A stretch of 64,000 bases of DNA from a virus (Duplodnaviria > Caudoviricetes). Each line of letters starts with the position of its first letter. Positions within the stretch are counted from its first letter, which is position 1. Positions 1-10,053 of this stretch are shown piece after piece. Location: IMG/VR virus record IMGVR_UViG_3300026549_000032, positions 32,001 through 96,000 of that record; one strand, 5' to 3'. The position numbers were made by a program, and so were the translations under genes. The notes under the pieces were generated by a model that was not told the DNA's origin, ran no database searches, and worked only from the letters and a program-made list of their open reading frames with translations.

Positions 1-549
1 GAGATTACCGACCAGGAGACAGGTTCGACTAAGTTTAGGTACTTGATTATTGATGATCAAGACTATTCAGGAACAATCTCAGCCTGGGTTAGTACAAATA
101 TGTCTGAGGGCGTATCAAGTCAAGTAGATGCTATCATCAACTACTACATTGCAGAGAATGAACGTCTCAGATCAAAAGAGGCCAGTCTTCAGAATATGTT
201 TAGATTTGCTGAACTTGAGGTAGATAACACAGGTATGGAGGTTAGTATTGTCGGACTTGATAGTACTGATTACGTGACTATCTGTCTGTATAAGAATGAT
301 AATGTATCCGGATCTACTACAATTAGATCCAATGAGACATTAACTATACCTCTCTCAGACTTTACTACAAGTTCACCGACACGAGTCTATCAGGTGTTCT
401 CTGCTTATCGAGCATCCGTTAATAAGTCGGATACAAAGCTAACCTTTACCTTTACTTCGTCACTTACTCAGAGTGCATCAGTGAGGATAGGAAATGCATA
501 TTATAGACAATCTTATCCAGATTATCAACAATGGCTCAGTCAAAATTAA
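1..549 (+). CDS. Virion/structural protein, 3' part (truncated by window start)
   Basis: Frame 1 is open from base 1 (EITDQETGSTKFRYLIIDD...) to TAA at 549; same orientation as the structural operon. Confidence 0.7.
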   Translation, partial: EITDQETGSTKFRYLIIDDQDYSGTISAWVSTNMSEGVSSQVDAIINYYIAENERLRSKEASLQNMFRFAELEVDNTGMEVSIVGLDSTDYVTICLYKNDNVSGSTTIRSNETLTIPLSDFTTSSPTRVYQVFSAYRASVNKSDTKLTFTFTSSLTQSASVRIGNAYYRQSYPDYQQWLSQN

Positions 550-1364
550 ATATAGCTTCTACCTACGGAAATTCAGACCTATACATCGATGAGTATAATA
601 ACTCGACAGAGGCTCCTGCCGTATGGATTGGAACTAGTTGGGAAATTGAAACTGATGCTGGTGTGTGTCAAAATGAATCATCTTTGGAGAGCCCACTAAC
701 GGTCATTGAGATATTCTCTAAACTTAATCAGAGACGTTTTCATGGCCCCTTAAAGAGGGTTGTTCATGGGATTGGTACTCCTGAACCTAGCCTTAGACTA
801 ATTAAGGATGATATTCAGGCAGCTCCATACCCCAAACTTAATTCCCATTTACATCCGGGAGCTTATGTTAGGGGACCTGAGACAGTCTCATTGATGAGTA
901 GTTCTTTAACGGAGGAAGAAGTTAATAGAATAAACGAAATATATAACATGACAATATTAGAAGATAATAATATATCTCTTTATAATGCCGCTAAGTTAGA
1001 GGTTGACTTAGGTCGTGGTTCTATAACAATTAACATGCTTGGGGATAAAGATTATACCAATACAATATCCCTGAAAGGTGTTGAAAAGAAGTATGCTAAA
1101 CCGAACATCTCTGGAAAAGTAGATCTTACGGTTAAGTATACGAGGGGCGGTCTGGTCTACACAAAGGACCTATCTTTTGAAGCTTTCAAGTATGATGATA
1201 ATGAACTTGAACCAAAGTCGACTAGCAATTCATATGTTAGTCCATTGAATAATGCTGACGTAGTGGTTGAATACTTAGGAGGGATTGTAAGAGTTATACC
1301 AGAATCTGACGATATTGATGAATGTATAATCAGTAGCTGTGTTGTAACTTATGGTCGCATCTAA
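531..1364 (+). CDS. Hypothetical virion/baseplate-region protein (277 aa)
   Basis: Long ORF overlapping both neighbours; beta-rich composition; context only. Confidence 0.6.
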   Translation: MAQSKLNIASTYGNSDLYIDEYNNSTEAPAVWIGTSWEIETDAGVCQNESSLESPLTVIEIFSKLNQRRFHGPLKRVVHGIGTPEPSLRLIKDDIQAAPYPKLNSHLHPGAYVRGPETVSLMSSSLTEEEVNRINEIYNMTILEDNNISLYNAAKLEVDLGRGSITINMLGDKDYTNTISLKGVEKKYAKPNISGKVDLTVKYTRGGLVYTKDLSFEAFKYDDNELEPKSTSNSYVSPLNNADVVVEYLGGIVRVIPESDDIDECIISSCVVTYGRI

Positions 1365-3120
1365 GAAAACAGAGATCTTAGGAACAAAGTCTCTTAATCA
1401 GTGTGATAGTATTAGGCTATACAACACAGAGACTTTTAAGAACCCTAGTATTGTATCGGGATTTGGATTATCAGAGAGTGATGTAGAACTACTCTGTTCC
1501 ACTCCCGATGCTACTAAGGTAGTAGAAATAAATACAATATTATCTAGGTTTACTGAATACGATGCCCTTGAGCCAGATGAAAACTTGGTTTTTACATTTA
1601 ACAATAATGTACCAGGTCTCCTTAATGGACAAGGTTTTGATACAATAATATTTCTCTTCATGGGAGAAATCCTAGGCTATATCTGTCTTCTAAATCCAGT
1701 TGGCAGAATAGTAAATCAATCCGGAGCCTCCACTTATGACTTAAAGAGAACTTATTCAGTAAATACGATATATTTAACCTTGACTAGTGACGGCAATGGT
1801 ATCTTAGTTGACAAGGATATGATCAGTCTTCTTAATAACTTGATACCTATTGCTGAAACTACAGGTCGAGACTTACGAGGGGAAGAGAATTATGACTTCG
1901 CCACGGTAAAAGATATTGAGGGTAGCGTAGATCGATCCTCAAACTATACAATACACTTAGAAGAGTTCCTATCTGGGAGAGATATTTTTACCGATACAAC
2001 AATCTCAACAAACCTTGATACTCCAGGGGAGATTAATATATACAAACTTGGTATTAAACGAAATCTAACCCTAGATAGTGTCTACTCTTCCTTCGAACAT
2101 CACCAGATTGGTTATTACAAAGGAGATCCTAGTATCTACATCTGGAATGATGATGGTGAATATTCAATATTCTCTCTGACAAAGCTTTTAGGAGAATACT
2201 TTGATGACGATAATACCAGACCTCTCTCTTATACAGTTAATAGTGAGATCTCTAAGTCTGAGATTTTCCAAGTACCGTATCTCTATGAAGGACAGCAGCG
2301 ACCAACTATAAGTGGTTTTGCTGGGAAGTACCTGATCTGCAAACTCTCAGGGAAGCAATATCTCCTAGACATTGATAGACAGTCTGGGGAAGATCCCTAT
2401 AACCACCTTTATGAAAAAAATAAAGGGTGGATTAAATGGAAAGACCCAGATACAGGTAAATCATATCCTGTTACAGACTTCTCCGTAGATAGAACAGATC
2501 CCTATTGTAAAGTATCCTTGCCAGAGAAAGATACTTGGGCTTGGACACATTGGACGGACGTTGTTGAAGATGTTAAGTCCCTCAGTGATACTTACTCTGA
2601 TTCTAGTGTAGGTGTTGTGGGTTATAATAAGACCTTCACCGCCAGATATGGTCAGTGGCATGTCACGGAGGATCAAATAGCCAAAACATATTCTGGAATG
2701 ACTAGGTCTGTAGTATTTGCTATCGAGGAGAACGATCCGTTTATTTTAAATGACAAGGCTCTAATTGCTTGGTCGAAGGGAACGGATTCGGAAGGATGTG
2801 ACACTATTACCTATACTCTCTATAACAATGATGGTTATTACATGACTCAGAAATGCTATGATAATGGATCATCTTTGTCAGACGGTGAGTCTTATGGTGA
2901 TAGGTACACAATATACCCAAGCAATTCTCATAAAACCGTTACTTTCCGAGTATCGTCTAGTCATGATACCGATGCAAGTAGTCCTTTAGAAGTTCAGAAT
3001 AGCTTCTTTGCAGGTTATCGGAGGGGTAGTCTTCCTATAACTATGGATGGTTTTAGAGTTATTGGTGCTTTAGCTGGTTTGGTGTTTTATAGAATTGGCA
3101 ATACAATAAATTATCTATAA
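1351..3120 (+). CDS. Hypothetical virion protein (589 aa)
   Basis: Long ORF, coupled to upstream gene; no recognisable motif. Confidence 0.6.
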   Translation: MVASKKTEILGTKSLNQCDSIRLYNTETFKNPSIVSGFGLSESDVELLCSTPDATKVVEINTILSRFTEYDALEPDENLVFTFNNNVPGLLNGQGFDTIIFLFMGEILGYICLLNPVGRIVNQSGASTYDLKRTYSVNTIYLTLTSDGNGILVDKDMISLLNNLIPIAETTGRDLRGEENYDFATVKDIEGSVDRSSNYTIHLEEFLSGRDIFTDTTISTNLDTPGEINIYKLGIKRNLTLDSVYSSFEHHQIGYYKGDPSIYIWNDDGEYSIFSLTKLLGEYFDDDNTRPLSYTVNSEISKSEIFQVPYLYEGQQRPTISGFAGKYLICKLSGKQYLLDIDRQSGEDPYNHLYEKNKGWIKWKDPDTGKSYPVTDFSVDRTDPYCKVSLPEKDTWAWTHWTDVVEDVKSLSDTYSDSSVGVVGYNKTFTARYGQWHVTEDQIAKTYSGMTRSVVFAIEENDPFILNDKALIAWSKGTDSEGCDTITYTLYNNDGYYMTQKCYDNGSSLSDGESYGDRYTIYPSNSHKTVTFRVSSSHDTDASSPLEVQNSFFAGYRRGSLPITMDGFRVIGALAGLVFYRIGNTINYL

Positions 3121-3128
3121 TAAAAAGT

Positions 3129-6100
3129 ATGACGTTAAGATTTAGCGACAATTTTAAAAAAGAAATACAAGAACTTGGCAATGCAGTGCTCTTAAAGGAG
3201 GCTACTCTATTAGGAGGACTTCGAGATGAAGGGACTTTTATAGAGTTTCAATCTCTTTGGAATGAAGAAACAAAGACACTCAGTATAACACTTGATTTGT
3301 CAGAGATCTCAGCCGATCAGGTGGAGGGAGTTAATGTAATTCAAGTTTACTATAGTGATTTGAGTGGTGAGAGAATTGGAGAAGCCTTTCAGTTAAGATC
3401 CCCTAATGATCTACTCCTCTGTCATAAAAAAAGAGATCCAGTTAATTATGATGAGCCTGTTACTTACTTGACTCGTGATTTGAACCACATAACAGTTTAT
3501 TTTCCTTCCACAACCGTGGCTGATATTAAGACTGTCTTGTCAGATGATAACACCAAGTTCTTGGAGAAGTATGCTGGTATGCAGGGTGTTAACACGTTTC
3601 TCGCCAGAGAAGGTCGTTATGAGGAAACTGATTACTTAACAAAAGATTCCTACGAGGCTTACATTCGAGATAGAATATCTCTAACGAATTCAATCCCTCT
3701 GTACCTCGATAAAAACGGCGAGAAAGTAACTAGCATATCAACATACAAACACTATAAGAAGATAGAAATTTACTCTGAGGGAGATACTCCACAAACAACT
3801 AGTGGTAGTAAGACCAAGTATACTATAAATAATGGCGGAACAGCTAATATTGTAGGAACTGTATTCTATGACCTATATTCTGTCAGTAATGGTGTGTATA
3901 CACTAGAAAGGGAAAACTTACGAATGGATCTTTCCCCGACTACACTGGTTCAGCTAGATATGGCTACAGGTACGCCCTTGGAAGAAACTACTTCAGCAAT
4001 TACTATCGATCCTTTCCAGAAAGCTATTACTTTCGATAGTGATCAAACATCAGAGATCAATGACTTTGCATGTCTCTTGACTTTCACTCCGGAAATTAAC
4101 GATGATAATTTAGGAATGATTGCAGGTAACTCGTTTACCATTAAATCAAACGTCGTCGAGTTCGTCACTTATCTGAGGTGGAATGTAGAGTATGGATCAT
4201 CCTTGTACGAGGATGGAGTTGTTGTTCTAGTATTTGATTCTCCTAGGGGTTCTGGCTTATGGAATTTTGAGGAGGATGAAGATTCAAGAGAAAACTGTAT
4301 AACTGTTTTTAGCGAATCTAATATAGACCCTCAGATGGATATAGTTATCACGCCAGAGGATCCAGACCGTTTTAATAGTTACTTTGAAATCATTCTTCCA
4401 CAGGAAGGTGTTTTTGAGTCATCTAATAAAAGATGGAGATACGATATAAAGATCGTTACTACACAAGACAATCTCACAGATAAGTGGTGGTACCCGTTAG
4501 GTCCTGATGGCAAGGGAACTATGGTTCTCTCTAGGATCACAGTTAATTCTGGCACAAAGAATGCGGCTTCTGATATACGTTTCTATTGTGTACAGAGACC
4601 AACTTGGCCATTAGTTATTGCTGGTAGTAGTGATCAGACTTCAGAAACATTCTCAACTGGAATTGGTCCGAAGGAGGTTAAGTTCTACCTGGATCGTCCT
4701 ATAGATAATTATACAACTTGGGAGGTAGATATGTCTGGCTTAGATTCAGACCTCTTGATAACTTCCCAAACACACGACCTAGTGGATTATGATTCGGGAA
4801 CAGTTGTAAGCCCAACCTCTGCTATCTCGGCCAAGACTATGGTCTATGCGGCCCATAGCGAAGAGGTGAATCTTGGTAGTGTAACATTCCGTAGAAGGAA
4901 TAGAGCAGGTGCAGCAGATTTTTCTTACTGGAAAGACCTAATCTATTGTCATCCAGTTAACGATATTACGATAGAGTTTTTTATTGATAGGTTAGATTTC
5001 GAGGCTGAGTCTGTAACAGCGGACCCTGATCGAGTGAACTATCCTGACGTTCCTAGTGTTCCCACTAAGTATTATTACCCAGTGGAAGATACGTATAAGA
5101 GATTATATATTTTTAATCCAGGTGAGACTAAGAGCTTTATCTTGAATACTGCTACTACCACTGGACTTAATGTCAATATGTCTGTTGACTTCCAGAGCAT
5201 ATTCGAACAGTTTTTTACAACTTCTGTCACCAAGAAAACTGAAGGATCGTTTAAGGTAGAAATAACAGCTAAACCACGAAATCCAGAATATGACCAGGCA
5301 AGTTGGTGGCCGAAGAACACAGAAGGCAAACCCATCGAGCTATTCATAGGGAATGAAACATTCTACTGTGTAGTAAGGCCTAACCTTCCTGAGCTTATGT
5401 TCTATATCCCTGAGGGAGACTCCTACAAGGTTGTTTCTGAGGTTGAGATGACTTCAGAAAAGAACCAAATAGAAGGACCAAATAATACGATTGCTCATCG
5501 TCAGATAGTATATGTCGTATCTAATGTTCTCTCTAGTGAGTTCCCTGGTTGGACAGTATTTTCAAAGGATAATGAGATGGAGGTATATTCAGTTAACCCG
5601 TCGGATAATACCGGTTCGTCCATGTCTGGAACTGTCCTCGATAGTAATATAGATAATTGGCCTAGTAAAGGTCAACAATATACAATGCTTACCACAAATA
5701 CTCTTCCCTACGACGTAACAACTGTTAAATTTGATGACTTGGTTGTTCGACGTACGGCAGGCACTGGTTTTGTGGATGAAATAGATGGTTTGTTTGAGGA
5801 TTGGAGAAATCAGTTAGTAGATAATACTTATTCACTAGGTCTCTCCTTAGCTCCTACAGGGAAATCAGATAAAATAACAGTTCAGTACTTAACATCAGGT
5901 GGTAATAGAGAGGACTACATTGAAGGTCTCCCCTTAGAACTTGATTATATAGGACTATATAGGATCTATGTTAAGAGTGAGATGGGATTCCGAGTTTCGC
6001 TCCCCAGTAGTAACAAGAGAGATGGCTTCTACTTCTTTAATTCCTCCGGGAATGAGATTAAGTGGGATGTATTGACTCTCGATGAAGGCTCTTTTGATAC

Positions 6101-9100
6101 AGTAACTGGCCGTGAAGTATGCTTTGCATTTATCGGAAACGAACCAGGTACATTCTCTAGTAAAGATCAAACCTTAGAGACTACTATTCGAATAACCAGC
6201 TTTGATGATAGAAGTTCTGTAATAATTCCTCTCCATAGAAAGTATTTTAATCAACAGTCTAGTGGAGGTGTCCTGAGTAATCAGGTGTTAGATACTAACA
6301 TAACTTCAACAACTACGCAGGATGAGATAGTATTTATCAAGCCTGGAGTTCCTGGTCAACTTGATTTCCAGTTTGTATCAAACTTGGAGACTATTACGGA
6401 ATATACTCCGATAGCAGAAGATGCGACAACTAAGATCACCATTAGTCATCCTAAGGGCAATCCTTACTTTGATTATGGCTCTTACCTAGCAAAGTCCACT
6501 GTAAAGAGAGGTACTAAGATTACAACGATAGACTCTCGTGGTTATATTAGATCTGATTCTAGTGTATCATATACCCCTGGTTCTATTCTTGGTAAAACAT
6601 ATCCTATTTCACCGATGGGATTAGTTAGAGTTAAGAACCCTGGAGATCTTTATCAGGCAAATAATGAGTCCATTAGTGTTACCTTGTATCAACTCATAGA
6701 TGCTCCGAAGATTACAACGAATTATGAGACCGAAGGTAGAGTTGTAGCTTTGACTAATCGAACCGGTAACTCTAAGATGCTCTATGTCAAGGCAGAGAAC
6801 ACGATTTATAATGTTTGTTATACTGTCGGTAATAGTGGAACATACGTAGTTGTAGAAAGAGATTCTGTCGGTTATGCAGAGTTTAATGTTGCTGACTCTA
6901 CTGGTACTAACCAGGTAAGTGTTGTTCGCATGGCTTCAGAAGATAGTGACTTAGGTGAGGCTTGGAAGATAACCTCTCTATGTGACTATCCTGCTGAAAC
7001 TGAGGATATGGTTTTTGGCGGTCTCAGATTTATAACTTACGTCCCAAAAGGTGGTTTCTTACTGGATGAGGATGGAGAAAGAATCCTAACCTACGATCAG
7101 CCAACAGTTGACCTCCTAGTGGGAACAAACAAGACTGACATTAGTCTGAAGAGACTTAGTAAGAAGAATTCTGAATCTTCTATTGAGGGAGGTAATCAGG
7201 AACAACCAATCAGTAGATACGGTGAGACCAGAGAATATACAATTTCACTGTCAGATCCTGAGGCTACTATTGATGTTAATGAGTATAGGAACTCTTGGAA
7301 AGACTACATCAACTCGATTACCTGTAGTGGTCTGTCTTTGACTGTAGATTATAAGAATCGATTAACTAGGTTTGGTGTTAATTATAGTGGTACATATTAC
7401 TCTAGTTTCGGAAGTTCTCGTCTTTCCTATACTCGAAAGTCAATAGATGGAGAGTATAAGTATATAATTTCAGATACAGCCCTCCTGAATAAGATGGTCT
7501 CTATTGCAAACGGTAATATAGACTCTAACTTCTCAATTCAAATAGGGGGTAAACAAGTCACCACAACTGGTATCACACAAGATCCGTGGGAATACGGAAT
7601 AATGGTAGACGGTTATCTCTTTGCTGGAGGTAATAATGGTAGATATTCTGAGAGCTTAGATTTCGAAGGAGGATCAATCTCATTCTATGCTTGTAAGGTT
7701 AAGTTCCCGAAGAACAAGAGCAATAATGGAACAGAGAACTCTAACGTAGTTCCTTTATCAGATCCACTAACTGTTAAAGTAACTAGAGCAGACGATGCTG
7801 ACTATACGCTTCAAGCAACAGGAGCTTTCATTAATAGAATTGAGTCCAATGGTAATGCCTATAGTACAGGAACTCCTTATGCATTCTCTAAGAATAGTCA
7901 GGGAGGAAATAGTACTCTGACCTATACGATAGATATATCTGATGACTACGGAAATAGAGTATTTTTCAATATTACCCAAGCGCCGAAAGATACGTTTGAA
8001 GTATATCTATATAGTCGCTACGATGAAGAGGAACATAAGTGTTGGGAGACTGATAAACTAAAGGGCATTATCTTCAATACTCAAGGTACTCTTTATACGG
8101 ATGACAATAACAGTGTCTATATGCTCACGGACTATGGTGTTAATGGCGAGTCTGGTTTAAGCCCCGACTTCTTTAATAGTTCTTATTCATCCTATGTGCG
8201 TGATGAGGGAGGAGCCTCAATTTCAGGATCCTATAACTTCAACGAGAACATTAACTACAGACTAGTATCTTCTAATGGAGTTACTAGAGAAGGTGATACC
8301 ACAGAATATGCTCTCTATGAATTGACACCGTTCTCTAAGTTGTCCAGGGCTACCAATTATAGCAGTAGTGGTGGTCCGGCGAGAATGCCAGGCCATATTA
8401 GGTTTATTCGTGACATTCAGATAGGTATTAACTACAATTCTTATGCAACAGTTACTGCCTATTATGGAAGTTCAACCTTACAACTTGTGGACCCTGTTGT
8501 AACATACGTCTCTGTTCGAGAGAAAGAAGATGATGAAGGGCAGGGGACAGGTGAATATTATCCGCCACATTACATTATTAACTTCTTTGAGAATGATAAT
8601 ATAGAGTTCAACAAGTATACGGCAAATGGTTCTTACTTGATGTCAGATACTAAGCCCAATAGTGGAACCTCTACTGTCCCTGTAGATGGCGGTATTCATA
8701 TCTCTTATGCAGAGTTCTCATCGACCCCAGTATCCTCTCTGAAGTTCTCTAGGTACTTCAATCCTTACGGCTATTTTGAGGGTTGGGGACTAGAGTTCTC
8801 TAGGTATGAGTGGGAGTATGACTTAAATCATAATCCAACAGCTACCTATGAGTGCTGGTTCAGAAAAGAAGGTAATGATGGTCATAAGATTATTCGCGTT
8901 AAGAGTGCATATGGAGCTAATGTTGAATACATAACTGACGAGGCCGACTTACAAAACGCGGAGTATTATCCGGAGAGTACAGCTTCGATAGATATCATGA
9001 TATCGCCATACACAGAGTCTTCAAACTTCCTTGTAGATGATGGCTATTATCCGGCCTTAAGTCTTGTCTTAGGGAAAAGCTTGTTCACAAGTAATGGAAA

Positions 9101-9212
9101 TAATCACGTATTAAAAAACAATATATCAGTAGACATAGAAACTGAAGATAGAGGAACAGTTAGCTTCTATGTGACAGCTGTTCTTAACTTGACTACGGTT
9201 TCTTCTACGTAA
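3129..9212 (+). CDS. Giant S/T/Y-rich virion protein (2027 aa), probably multiple Ig-like beta-sandwich domains (tail/baseplate)
   Basis: Uninterrupted 6-kb ORF, beta-strand-like pattern, recurring 'FYCVQRP/FYCVVRP' segments; structural context. Confidence 0.6.
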   Translation: MTLRFSDNFKKEIQELGNAVLLKEATLLGGLRDEGTFIEFQSLWNEETKTLSITLDLSEISADQVEGVNVIQVYYSDLSGERIGEAFQLRSPNDLLLCHKKRDPVNYDEPVTYLTRDLNHITVYFPSTTVADIKTVLSDDNTKFLEKYAGMQGVNTFLAREGRYEETDYLTKDSYEAYIRDRISLTNSIPLYLDKNGEKVTSISTYKHYKKIEIYSEGDTPQTTSGSKTKYTINNGGTANIVGTVFYDLYSVSNGVYTLERENLRMDLSPTTLVQLDMATGTPLEETTSAITIDPFQKAITFDSDQTSEINDFACLLTFTPEINDDNLGMIAGNSFTIKSNVVEFVTYLRWNVEYGSSLYEDGVVVLVFDSPRGSGLWNFEEDEDSRENCITVFSESNIDPQMDIVITPEDPDRFNSYFEIILPQEGVFESSNKRWRYDIKIVTTQDNLTDKWWYPLGPDGKGTMVLSRITVNSGTKNAASDIRFYCVQRPTWPLVIAGSSDQTSETFSTGIGPKEVKFYLDRPIDNYTTWEVDMSGLDSDLLITSQTHDLVDYDSGTVVSPTSAISAKTMVYAAHSEEVNLGSVTFRRRNRAGAADFSYWKDLIYCHPVNDITIEFFIDRLDFEAESVTADPDRVNYPDVPSVPTKYYYPVEDTYKRLYIFNPGETKSFILNTATTTGLNVNMSVDFQSIFEQFFTTSVTKKTEGSFKVEITAKPRNPEYDQASWWPKNTEGKPIELFIGNETFYCVVRPNLPELMFYIPEGDSYKVVSEVEMTSEKNQIEGPNNTIAHRQIVYVVSNVLSSEFPGWTVFSKDNEMEVYSVNPSDNTGSSMSGTVLDSNIDNWPSKGQQYTMLTTNTLPYDVTTVKFDDLVVRRTAGTGFVDEIDGLFEDWRNQLVDNTYSLGLSLAPTGKSDKITVQYLTSGGNREDYIEGLPLELDYIGLYRIYVKSEMGFRVSLPSSNKRDGFYFFNSSGNEIKWDVLTLDEGSFDTVTGREVCFAFIGNEPGTFSSKDQTLETTIRITSFDDRSSVIIPLHRKYFNQQSSGGVLSNQVLDTNITSTTTQDEIVFIKPGVPGQLDFQFVSNLETITEYTPIAEDATTKITISHPKGNPYFDYGSYLAKSTVKRGTKITTIDSRGYIRSDSSVSYTPGSILGKTYPISPMGLVRVKNPGDLYQANNESISVTLYQLIDAPKITTNYETEGRVVALTNRTGNSKMLYVKAENTIYNVCYTVGNSGTYVVVERDSVGYAEFNVADSTGTNQVSVVRMASEDSDLGEAWKITSLCDYPAETEDMVFGGLRFITYVPKGGFLLDEDGERILTYDQPTVDLLVGTNKTDISLKRLSKKNSESSIEGGNQEQPISRYGETREYTISLSDPEATIDVNEYRNSWKDYINSITCSGLSLTVDYKNRLTRFGVNYSGTYYSSFGSSRLSYTRKSIDGEYKYIISDTALLNKMVSIANGNIDSNFSIQIGGKQVTTTGITQDPWEYGIMVDGYLFAGGNNGRYSESLDFEGGSISFYACKVKFPKNKSNNGTENSNVVPLSDPLTVKVTRADDADYTLQATGAFINRIESNGNAYSTGTPYAFSKNSQGGNSTLTYTIDISDDYGNRVFFNITQAPKDTFEVYLYSRYDEEEHKCWETDKLKGIIFNTQGTLYTDDNNSVYMLTDYGVNGESGLSPDFFNSSYSSYVRDEGGASISGSYNFNENINYRLVSSNGVTREGDTTEYALYELTPFSKLSRATNYSSSGGPARMPGHIRFIRDIQIGINYNSYATVTAYYGSSTLQLVDPVVTYVSVREKEDDEGQGTGEYYPPHYIINFFENDNIEFNKYTANGSYLMSDTKPNSGTSTVPVDGGIHISYAEFSSTPVSSLKFSRYFNPYGYFEGWGLEFSRYEWEYDLNHNPTATYECWFRKEGNDGHKIIRVKSAYGANVEYITDEADLQNAEYYPESTASIDIMISPYTESSNFLVDDGYYPALSLVLGKSLFTSNGNNHVLKNNISVDIETEDRGTVSFYVTAVLNLTTVSST

Positions 9213-9228
9213 ACCCAAACTAAGTGTA

Positions 9229-9921
9229 ATGTTTATTATAAAAGCTTTCAAAGACCTTGCGAACTGTTTAATTGCCCTAGAAAAGAACTTAGGGTTTAGG
9301 ATGTTCGTTAAGTACACCCTATACCTATTGTTAATAGTAGTGGTATTAAATTATCGTACAGTTGTTAAAGAAGCCGTTGAGTTTGTAACAGAAATCAACT
9401 CAGAAATACACATTGAAAAGATGAAGCTACAAGATAGTTACTATAGAGATCTGACCCCGCTTCTAGCTGAGTTTAGAGCCGAAGTTGGTGCGGATCGAGT
9501 AATGTATTTTGAGTTTCATAACTCTGTTGAGACATTAGAAGGACTTCCTTTCAAATTTTTTGACTTAGTTAAGTGTGTTCCTGAATATGGCATCCCTGAA
9601 GTACAGGGAGATGTATACAAGAATGTAAATGCTGCTATGTATTCTGAGCTGTTTTTTGATATAAATAATGGTAAAATTCTAACTTGTCATGGATTCTACG
9701 ATAAAAATTTTAATACAAATTATCGAGGGATTTATGAACTAATTAATGAGTCAGACCACGCAGAACAGATGGTTATTTTTAGTGTTCCGGGTATACGCAG
9801 ACCGATCGGTTTCATTATATTAGAGTGGATGGATCATACGGAGGATATTAATGTAGATTCTAAAATCATAAATAAGTTTCTCCCAAGAATAAATGCCATC
9901 TCGGCACATGTTCGAAATTGA
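9229..9921 (+). CDS. Putative holin (T4 T-like: single N-terminal TM plus GAF-like domain)
   Basis: TM segment YTLYLLLIVVVLNY followed by 'GADRVMYFEFHN...PIGFIILEW', a GAF-like pattern; lies in late operon with an endolysin. Confidence 0.55.
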   Translation: MFIIKAFKDLANCLIALEKNLGFRMFVKYTLYLLLIVVVLNYRTVVKEAVEFVTEINSEIHIEKMKLQDSYYRDLTPLLAEFRAEVGADRVMYFEFHNSVETLEGLPFKFFDLVKCVPEYGIPEVQGDVYKNVNAAMYSELFFDINNGKILTCHGFYDKNFNTNYRGIYELINESDHAEQMVIFSVPGIRRPIGFIILEWMDHTEDINVDSKIINKFLPRINAISAHVRN

Positions 9922-9924
9922 TAT

Positions 9925-9960
9925 TTTGCGTTCAAGAAGACACTAATACCTAATAGGTGT
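9925..9960 (+). promoter_or_regulatory. Candidate promoter (TTTTGCG ... CCTAATAGGTG)
   Basis: One mismatch to the CCTTA-N4-TG box seen repeatedly in this window, with upstream TTTTGCG at the same distance to the TG as at 41593-41627 and 56772-56807. Confidence 0.5.
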
Positions 9961-9961
9961 A

Positions 9962-10033
9962 AAGCGGAAAGAATATTTTTGATATGAATAAATTTGGTTG
10001 TTTGATTTTATTGATAGAGTATTCTTTCCGTTT
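9962..10033 (+). promoter_or_regulatory. Long 5'-leader hairpin
   Basis: CGGAAAGAATA (9965-9975) pairs perfectly with TATTCTTTCCG (10020-10030); inner AATAAA/TTTATT pairing. Confidence 0.6.
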
Positions 10034-10053
10034 CTTTAACTATTAAAAAATTT

